Part shown: positions 6,727 through 12,904 of the stretch, one piece after another
Numbering within the stretch: position 1 is the stretch's first letter
Layout of the letters: each line of letters starts with the position of its first letter
Translations under genes and position numbers: made by a program
The notes under the pieces: generated by a model
The model's database searches: none
Told to the model about the DNA's origin: nothing
What the model saw: the letters and a program-made list of their open reading frames with translations, nothing else
NCBI GenBank assembly: GCA_038893995.1
Contig: JAWAQK010000060.1
Span: 1 to 12,904, forward strand
Length of the DNA: 12,904 bases
Origin: Candidatus Thorarchaeota archaeon
GTDB taxonomy: Archaea; Asgardarchaeota; Thorarchaeia; Thorarchaeales; Thorarchaeaceae
Direction of reading: 5' to 3'

Positions 6727-7556
6727 GTCCGCTGTACCGGTGACAGGCAGTTGACCTCGACAAGCTTGTTCACAAGGAACCAGATTGCACCGGGGTCGTA
6801 CGGGAGCGATAGGATGACCTCGCGAATGGTCTTGACGCCGTCAAAAGCGCGCAGTATCTCGTCGAGGGGGAGACCATACTGCTCCCTGAATCGCTCCAGG
6901 ACTGTCGGCACACACGTGGCCACCTGGAGTATGTCAGTCTCCTCCAGTCTCTTTCTGAACTCCACCCACTTGTACTTCCACAGCATGGACACTATGGCGT
7001 TGACCTCTGCGTCCGGCAGCCCAATCCTCTCAAGTATCTCACTCACAGTACGCTTTCCGTTGACAAATGATAGGACCTTCTCGACCTTGTTGTGTGTGGA
7101 GCCGACGACGTATGGGATTGGGGGTCGCTGATCCGGGGGGACCTGTACCGGTATGAGAGATGGATCGGGCACAGGAAAGGGAAACTCGATCAAGATGTCC
7201 AGTGCAAACTCCTTGTACACTCGGACATCTCCCTCGAAGGTCTTCAGCTTGCTTCCATGCTCTGTCTCGATTTTCCGGATGATACGTCTCATCTTCTCCC
7301 TGTAAGGGGCCTCGTCCAGCACGGGGTCGACCACCAGGAGTAGGAGGACGGTATCTCCAACTTCAATCAGGACGTCGTAGGAACCCTTCCGTATTGTCCG
7401 TATCGGGTTGCGGGCAAAGATAATGACCGCCGTCACAAATCCTGCTATGAGGTCGGGGTCTTGCATCAACTCAGCATAGGGGATATCGAGAATGTTCTCT
7501 CCGCCCTCTATACGAATGACGGATACATACCTCACCTTGGAGGGTTCATATGTCAA
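6723..7556 (-). CDS. Longin-like domain + two winged-helix-like repeats (NPRL2/NPRL3-like architecture), paralogue B
   Basis: N-terminal beta-beta-alpha(DPDLIAGFVTAV)-beta-beta-beta-alpha-alpha longin pattern, then VLSFVNGKRTVSEI... and ILRAFDGVKTIREV... repeats. TTG 7556 is preferred as start (9 nt after GGAGGTG). The ORF track start is 7568. Confidence 0.65.
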   Translation of the reverse strand: MTYEPSKVRYVSVIRIEGGENILDIPYAELMQDPDLIAGFVTAVIIFARNPIRTIRKGSYDVLIEVGDTVLLLLVVDPVLDEAPYREKMRRIIRKIETEHGSKLKTFEGDVRVYKEFALDILIEFPFPVPDPSLIPVQVPPDQRPPIPYVVGSTHNKVEKVLSFVNGKRTVSEILERIGLPDAEVNAIVSMLWKYKWVEFRKRLEETDILQVATCVPTVLERFREQYGLPLDEILRAFDGVKTIREVILSLPYDPGAIWFLVNKLVEVNCLSPVQRT

Positions 7557-7608
7557 CCCTGACAACACCTCCCAGTGTGAGCAGAGCGAGCCCTCCTCTT
7601 AGTCATGC

Positions 7609-8472
7609 TCATCCTTCAGCAGCCTCCGCATCATCAACAAAGCCGATGACTCCTGAGTCGATCAGCGCCTGAGTCACGGTCCTTGCGACATCGTACGTGT
7701 ACGGCAGTTTCTCGCAGATCTGGCCGAAGGTCCTTGTCCCATCACATAGTTCAAGCAGTGCAGACAGCTGGTCCCCATATGTGACGCGCATCACAGGAGT
7801 GGGTTCGGACCTCCTGATTAGTATGGAGTCTCTCGAGAGAGGACGAGAGAGGGTGATGATGCCGAACTTCTTCAGAATTGACAGTAGGGCCGTGGTCTCG
7901 CGCCTATCGAATCCGGATGCATCGACTATCTCACGGACTGTTCTCTTTCCGTTGACAAAGCCCAGTATCGTCTTGAGCTTCTGGTCAGTAGAACCGACAC
8001 TCCATGGTATTGAATCAGTGATCGTATCATGGTCAGTCTTGCCCTTGACAGGTCTTGGAACCAAGTCCAGCCCAATCTCCTCGTAGGGATATTCGGTCAG
8101 GATTCTGAGGGCAAATGGACGAAAATGCCTGATGTCACCGCGCCAATTCTCGAGGTAGGGTCTGTACTGATTCTCGAAGTCCGATATTATGCGTTTGAGC
8201 TTCGCACGGCAAGTGCCCTCGTCGACACTGCTATCAACGAAGAGGAATGCAAGGATGCGTTGTCCGCCCTCGATCAAGACTGTATAGCCCTCTTTCTGGA
8301 AGGTCTTCAGGTCCTGGTTCTCGAATACCACTATGGCGTGGACGAAGGCTGCTATCAGGTCGGGATCGCTCTTCATCTCGTGAAAGGGAACTCCCAAGAT
8401 GGGCTCTCCTCCCTCTCGACGGACAAGACTCAGATACATGATCCCATGCGAGTCTCTGGCATCCTTCGGCAT
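7609..8472 (-). CDS. Longin-like domain + two winged-helix-like repeats (NPRL2/NPRL3-like architecture), paralogue A
   Basis: Colinear paralogue of the downstream gene, sharing EGGE.IL..P, DPDLIA.FV.A, Y.VLIE.G, GD.R....FAL.IL.E.P, IP..VGST, FVNGKRTV.EI and DG..T...LPY. ATG 8472 aligns with the paralogue's start. TTG 8511 is an alternative. Confidence 0.65.
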   Translation of the reverse strand: MPKDARDSHGIMYLSLVRREGGEPILGVPFHEMKSDPDLIAAFVHAIVVFENQDLKTFQKEGYTVLIEGGQRILAFLFVDSSVDEGTCRAKLKRIISDFENQYRPYLENWRGDIRHFRPFALRILTEYPYEEIGLDLVPRPVKGKTDHDTITDSIPWSVGSTDQKLKTILGFVNGKRTVREIVDASGFDRRETTALLSILKKFGIITLSRPLSRDSILIRRSEPTPVMRVTYGDQLSALLELCDGTRTFGQICEKLPYTYDVARTVTQALIDSGVIGFVDDAEAAEG

Positions 8473-8503
8473 CCGCTTCGACGCTCCATGGCTGTGCTCA
8501 GTA

Positions 8504-9421
8504 TCATTCAAACTCAGTAAGGTCAGACTGTATGTCAGATTCGACCATTATCCCAGTGATAAGCGTATACCCGGCAAGCCGAGCTAGGTCAGAGATTGTC
8601 GTTGTGGATCCACGTCGAGTGATGAGTAGAGGACCCTTCATCCCCTCGACTGATCCGTCAATCACCCGACCTTCGGGACGCACACTGGACCGTATCTCGA
8701 ACGGTCTTTGCAGAGACATGTCCGGTAGTCCATAGGCAGGACCAAGATCGTGTACCACAGGGGGCCACTCGACAACCTCGGCCTCGCGCTCGATTATCTC
8801 CCGTGTCACACCCGCTCGGCGAAGTGCATCGCCTAGCCTGCTCTGTGCTGCATCCGGGTCCAGACGACGTGACAGGAGACGGACCTTGACACTGTTTCTG
8901 ACCGAGAGGGTCAGCCCGGCCAGTCTACCAAGCCTCTGTTCCATCCGTCTGGCTGCCATTCCTCCCCTGATCTGGGCAATCTCGGCAGCAAAGTCAGCAC
9001 CCTGCTCCAGCCATCGTGTCATTAGCCTCTCACGCGACGAGACGCCCACCTTGACGACCTCGTCTCCGAACAGTGCTGCGTACACCACGTGAAGAGTCTC
9101 CGTACATTCTCGATGACGCTGGGGAGAAGCATGACATGAAGACCCATCACACATTGCGCAACGGCTTGAGACATCCGTGGCATTGCAGGGGCCACAACGG
9201 GGACCACCTCGGACCAGCACCATGCGCTCGGGACATGGGACGACACCTGACTCTGGGTTCCAATGGCCGATACAACGCCTCGGGCCAGCGACGGTCCAGT
9301 TGAGAGTCATCCCCGTTGTGATCGGGAGGAAGGTGGGTCTGTCACCGGCCCCGGCCCAGACCTGAAGTCCTCCCTCAGGCTTGCCATGACTCCACCTCCA
9401 TGCGACGCCGATCACATGCAA
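8504..9421 (-). CDS. DUF2797-family protein (Cys-rich zinc-binding region + GIY-YIG-like core)
   Basis: HVVYAALFG..VKVGVS...RWLEQGA and C-terminal GSVEGMKGPLL...LAGY are typical of DUF2797, with 8 Cys upstream. The true start is likely TTG 9421, just after the amrS stop and with GAGGCGGTG upstream. The extension to 9778 overlaps amrS. Confidence 0.8.
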   Translation of the reverse strand: MHVIGVAWRWSHGKPEGGLQVWAGAGDRPTFLPITTGMTLNWTVAGPRRCIGHWNPESGVVPCPERMVLVRGGPRCGPCNATDVSSRCAMCDGSSCHASPQRHRECTETLHVVYAALFGDEVVKVGVSSRERLMTRWLEQGADFAAEIAQIRGGMAARRMEQRLGRLAGLTLSVRNSVKVRLLSRRLDPDAAQSRLGDALRRAGVTREIIEREAEVVEWPPVVHDLGPAYGLPDMSLQRPFEIRSSVRPEGRVIDGSVEGMKGPLLITRRGSTTTISDLARLAGYTLITGIMVESDIQSDLTEFE

Positions 9422-9432
9422 TTGACACCGCC

Positions 9433-10476
9433 TCAGAACCTCATCATCCCACGCCCAAGTCGCATCCACTTGATCCCAGCCATGTTGAGGTCTGCGCCAC
9501 ACTTGGGACAGCGTCCATCTGGGCTCAACAGGTTGTTCTTCATGAAGACCGAGTATCTCTCGACCGCTCTGAAGTTGCACTGAGGACAGTAGGTGTTCTC
9601 CGAATCGTGTCCTGGTACATTGCCCGAATAGACGAAGGTCAGGCCGGCCTCTCTTGCAGCCCTCATGTGTTCCTCTATCATCTCTGTCGGGGTCCGAGGA
9701 ATGTGAGTCATCCGGTACATCGGAGAGAAGGCACTCAGGTGAAATGGGGTCCTGGCACCTAGATTCTCCACCACCCATCTTGCAAGGCGGGCAGTGTCCT
9801 CGATATGGTCTCCAACTTCCGGGATCACCAGATTGGTGAGCTCTATGAATACACCACGTTCCTTGTATCTGAGAAGGGCTCGGAATATTGCATCGACCTT
9901 CGGAACTTCCATGTACTTGCGATAGAACTCGCTGTTTCCACTACCCTTGAAGTCCACTGTGACTGCGTCAAGATAGGGAGCAATATAGTCAATTGCCTCA
10001 GGTGTCGCATAGCCATTGGTGACAAACATGTTGTACATGCCATTCTCATGTGCTATCTTGGCGGTATCGTGTGCAAACTCCATGAAGATGGTGGGCTCCG
10101 TGTACGTGTAGCTGATTCCCTGACAGTCTGACCTCTGTGCAAGTTCCACTATCTCTTCGGGTTCAAAGTGTCGACCGACAGGGGTCTCCCTCTGCGATGA
10201 ATGATAGTTGAGGCAGAACTGGCACCTGAAGTTGCACGACGATGTGCTAATAGAGAACGCACTCGACCCGGGTGCAAAGTGAAAAAGGGGCTTCTTCTCG
10301 ATCGGATCCGCGGCCATACCATCGACAAGACCGTATACTTTCGAGTACAACACACCATCTCTGACTTCTCGTACTCTGCAGAAGCCAGTGGCACCCTCTT
10401 CAATACGGCATCTCCTGGCGCATAGGTCGCATCGGACCGCCCCATCGAGCCTGGTGTAGAGCGACGCCTCTCTCAA
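9433..10476 (-). CDS. amrS: AmmeMemoRadiSam system radical SAM enzyme (PFL-activase-like)
   Basis: VRCDLCARRC...GFCRVR, DPIEKKPLFHF.PG, CNFRCQFC.N, ISYTYTEPTI, VTNGY, E.TNLVIP, Y.GNVPG...ENTYCP.C...R, CPKCG. TTG start with GAGGT SD. Confidence 0.93.
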   Translation of the reverse strand: MREASLYTRLDGAVRCDLCARRCRIEEGATGFCRVREVRDGVLYSKVYGLVDGMAADPIEKKPLFHFAPGSSAFSISTSSCNFRCQFCLNYHSSQRETPVGRHFEPEEIVELAQRSDCQGISYTYTEPTIFMEFAHDTAKIAHENGMYNMFVTNGYATPEAIDYIAPYLDAVTVDFKGSGNSEFYRKYMEVPKVDAIFRALLRYKERGVFIELTNLVIPEVGDHIEDTARLARWVVENLGARTPFHLSAFSPMYRMTHIPRTPTEMIEEHMRAAREAGLTFVYSGNVPGHDSENTYCPQCNFRAVERYSVFMKNNLLSPDGRCPKCGADLNMAGIKWMRLGRGMMRF

Positions 10477-10535
10477 CCCGGTTACCTCGTATCGGACGGA
10501 TGAGACCGTTCCTGGTAATCACACCGCAATCAGTG

Positions 10536-10541
10536 TTATAT
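10536..10541. promoter_or_regulatory. Putative TATA box in divergent promoter region
   Basis: TTATAT in the AT-rich 97-nt spacer between amrS and the 143-aa gene, about 33 nt upstream of ATG 10574. Confidence 0.4.
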
Positions 10542-10573
10542 GTCTAAGCCAAGATAATATTGGTGGTCGTGCA

Positions 10574-11005
10574 ATGAAACAAGCCGTCGAGAAACTACGA
10601 GACCTCTTGGAGGACGTCAGCGATGGGACGAAGTCGTTCATGAAGATGTGTTCAGACACGAGGATCGCGGCGGCCATCGACCCCTCAACTGCGTTCAAGG
10701 AGTACGTGAAATTGGCCAGCTCCGCACTGTCTGGCGGCACGATATCAGGCGACGAGGACACCTGTATTCAGTATCTGAGAATGGCCGAGGAGACACTGTC
10801 GGCCGAACAGATAGATGCACATGCGTATGCAATCAAGAGGCTCAGAGAGGAGCATCTGCGAGCTGTCGTTCAACCTGCAATCAGAGACTATGTACAGGGG
10901 AACAGGACTGACCGTGACGGCGTACAGAGAGTATATGAGGAGCAGCTGAGATGGAGGGCTCTCGAGGACCTGGCCCAGTTCATGAACCGAATCAGGAGGA
11001 TGTGA
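10574..11005 (+). CDS. Hypothetical all-alpha protein (143 aa)
   Basis: Fills the gap between amrS and the convergent coiled-coil gene, with amphipathic helical composition. No recognised motif. Confidence 0.72.
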   Translation: MKQAVEKLRDLLEDVSDGTKSFMKMCSDTRIAAAIDPSTAFKEYVKLASSALSGGTISGDEDTCIQYLRMAEETLSAEQIDAHAYAIKRLREEHLRAVVQPAIRDYVQGNRTDRDGVQRVYEEQLRWRALEDLAQFMNRIRRM

Positions 11006-11025
11006 ATCCTGCACGGGAAGGAGCA

Positions 11026-12462
11026 TCAAGTTGGTCTGGACAACTCCAAGACCTGATCGTCCACAAGACGTGCAATGTTGAGTCTCTCAAAGTCTCTTGC
11101 CCACACTAAGACCTGACCGGGAGAGACTCCCAGAGAACGAGCAATCTCCCGCACAGCGATCCTGCCATTCTCTTCGACCATCAGGAATGCCTTTGTCTTC
11201 TCCGTGCTGTCCATCAGTCGTAAGTAGCCATCGAGTCGCGCCTGAGTTGCATTGAGCAGCGCACGCGTCTGCTCGTATTCGGTCGTCAGACGCTCGTTCT
11301 GGGACTTTATCCTCTCAAACTCTGTCTTCATCATCTCAAACTGTCGTGCAAACTCACCAGACTCATAGGACATTATTCTCATGCGGAGCTGGTTGATCTC
11401 ACTGGTCTGTTCGTCGATCAGTCTCTTTGTCGCCTCTAGCTTGGAGAGCTCTGTCTTGAGATTCGCGATGACGATGTCGCGCTCTGACAACGAGGCGAGA
11501 AGCTCCTTTCGGCCTGCCTCTGATTCCGCCAGATGCTTCTCAGCCTCCTCCAGGCGGGCAGCGATCATGTCTCTACTAGTTTCAAGCATCTTGATGTTCT
11601 GTCTGAGTTCCGTCAGGACACTGGCGTCCATCGAGGGTGCCGAACGGAGGGACACAATCGTCTGTTCCAGTGCGTTGTTCTTCTCTCTGAGGGATACGAT
11701 CTCACTCTGAGCCCTCTCGAGTTCCCGTTGTCTGTCAGCCTCGTGCTGTTCCTTCAGGGTCAGGTCTCTCGTGAGCTCCTCCACTCGTCGCTCCAGTGAC
11801 TTGATCTTGTCTTCGACGTGCTTCGGGACCTCGATCCGGGGCTTCATGCTGAGGGCCTTCGAGAGATAGTCGACCTCGGTGGTCGTCCTCTGCACAAGGT
11901 CGTCAATGGACGACTTCAACACCGCAAGCTCCCTGAATGTGTTGTCAAGGGCACCCTTCAGGGACTCACTTATGTTCCTCAGACGTTCGAGAATAGGGGC
12001 AGACATCGACGCAGTGAGAGTCTCCTCCACCACCGCGAACTCTGAGTCAACGACTGATCTCACTTCTGTATCCACAAAGGTGAGCTGTAGAGTGGTCTTT
12101 GTCCGCTGCTTGCTCTTGTCCACTATTGATGTCCTGAGGGAGACGAGTTGTCCCTTGAGACCCACCAAGAAAGAGAGGACAACTGGAATGAGGTCCCTCT
12201 CAACCCGCTCAATCTCACCCTCCGTATCGGAAATGGATCGCTCGACTGCACTCAGTGAGAGTCTCAAGCGTTCCAGACTCTTCTCGATCTCGGAGCGTCT
12301 ACGGACATCATCAGGCGACTCGACCTTGAAAACATCAGCACTGAGTCTTCCCGACTCGATCAGCCGATGGCGCATCTCTTCGTCCACGCCCATCTCGCTG
12401 AGGAGACCCTCGACCACAGAACGTTCATCATCCATCGGAGCCCGATTCGAGTCATCTCTCAT
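11026..12462 (-). CDS. Long coiled-coil protein with C-terminal winged helix-turn-helix
   Basis: Extended heptad regions, then KAFLMVEENGRIAVREIARSLGVSPGQVLVWARDFERLNIARL (wHTH). ATG 12462 is preferred (GGAG upstream). The 12576 extension would overlap the divergent gene. No Walker A motif, so not an SMC ATPase. Confidence 0.8.
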   Translation of the reverse strand: MRDDSNRAPMDDERSVVEGLLSEMGVDEEMRHRLIESGRLSADVFKVESPDDVRRRSEIEKSLERLRLSLSAVERSISDTEGEIERVERDLIPVVLSFLVGLKGQLVSLRTSIVDKSKQRTKTTLQLTFVDTEVRSVVDSEFAVVEETLTASMSAPILERLRNISESLKGALDNTFRELAVLKSSIDDLVQRTTTEVDYLSKALSMKPRIEVPKHVEDKIKSLERRVEELTRDLTLKEQHEADRQRELERAQSEIVSLREKNNALEQTIVSLRSAPSMDASVLTELRQNIKMLETSRDMIAARLEEAEKHLAESEAGRKELLASLSERDIVIANLKTELSKLEATKRLIDEQTSEINQLRMRIMSYESGEFARQFEMMKTEFERIKSQNERLTTEYEQTRALLNATQARLDGYLRLMDSTEKTKAFLMVEENGRIAVREIARSLGVSPGQVLVWARDFERLNIARLVDDQVLELSRPT

Positions 12463-12556
12463 GGGTAGCACTCCGTGCCTCACTGTTTGATTAGTGATTG
12501 GGCACAGCCAACACATAAATCTATTCAGAACATGTCGAAGCCAACGGGTGTCTACC

Positions 12557-12904
12557 ATGCACCTCAGGATCGACATGCAGGCGACGATCTACAACCCCGG
12601 CCCCTCTACCATCAGAGAGGGGAAGATGGTCTGGCACCTGTTCACCGACATGCTCAACCAGTACGTGGAGATGATCGATGTCTTTCCGCCGGCGAGAGTA
12701 ACGGAGAAAGCAGAGAGAAACGTCGTTGCGTTACTCAAGGTGCCTGAACTGAGCCCCGGGGAGAGCTTCACACCGACTGTCATACTCGCCCTGGACACTG
12801 TGGCCAGGGACTGGATGGTCGAGACTCAGCAGGTACCACCTGACGTAATGAAGAGGCATCAGAGTACCTTCTCCAAGTATCAGACATACTGGGAGACAGA
12901 AGAT
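12557..12904 (+). CDS. Probable transglutaminase-like protein, N-terminal beta-sandwich (truncated at window edge)
   Basis: Open frame to the window end: MHLRIDMQATIYNPGPSTIREGKMVWHLFTDMLNQYVEMIDVFPPARVTEKAERNVVALLKVPELSPGESFTPTVILALDT...KYQTYWETED. The beta-rich N...L.PGE...YW..D pattern precedes the catalytic core in prokaryotic transglutaminase-like proteins. The catalytic triad lies outside the window. Confidence 0.55.
   Translation, partial: MHLRIDMQATIYNPGPSTIREGKMVWHLFTDMLNQYVEMIDVFPPARVTEKAERNVVALLKVPELSPGESFTPTVILALDTVARDWMVETQQVPPDVMKRHQSTFSKYQTYWETED

Noticed and set aside
9422-9778. N-terminal 119-aa extension of the 8504..9778 ORF
   Set aside because: It overlaps the well-supported amrS gene in another frame and lacks DUF2797-like sequence. 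A better start (TTG 9421 with SD) exists.
940-11005. Selenocysteine/pyrrolysine readthrough at TGA/TAG stops
   Set aside because: The recognisable proteins are full length at their stops and are followed directly by other genes or spacers. No interrupted domain was seen.
166-12490. Numerous short antisense or alternative-frame ORFs (e.g. 166..483, 3347..3796, 8029..8520, 11879..12490)
   Set aside because: They are Ser/Arg-rich shadows typical of the reverse strand of real genes at this GC content.
11026-12576. SMC/Rad50 ATPase call and the 12576 start
   Set aside because: There are no Walker A/B or signature motifs. The extension overlaps the divergent gene starting at 12557 and its promoter region.
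12475-12798. ORFs 12475..12747 (+) and 12589..12798 (-)
   Set aside because: They are shadows of the longer open frame 12557..>12904, which has a protein-like composition.

Overview
A gene-dense archaeal window, most likely Asgard archaea (Thorarchaeota-like). This is inferred from the roadblock and longin-type genes, GGAGGTG Shine-Dalgarno sites, archaeal TATA boxes and an hsp20-cdc48 pair. Left end: a protein quality-control neighbourhood with hsp20-cdc48 (cdc48 truncated by the window edge), an FAD oxidoreductase with a Cys cluster, and an AN1 zinc finger fused to an M50 site-2 protease. Middle: two convergent gene runs. The + run is coiled-coil/wHTH protein, HTH+PD-(D/E)XK nuclease-fold protein, Roadblock/LC7 protein and a stand-alone NifB-like radical SAM enzyme. 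The - run is AmrS radical SAM, DUF2797 and two tandem paralogues with longin + double winged-helix architecture resembling NPRL2/NPRL3 (GATOR1). Right end: a small helical protein, a second long coiled-coil/wHTH protein and the N-terminus of a probable transglutaminase-like protein. No tRNA, rRNA, CRISPR array or mobile element was seen. The most interesting signals are the NPRL2/3-like pair near a roadblock gene and the nif-less NifB homologue translationally coupled to that roadblock gene. All family calls come from motif recognition by eye, not database searches.
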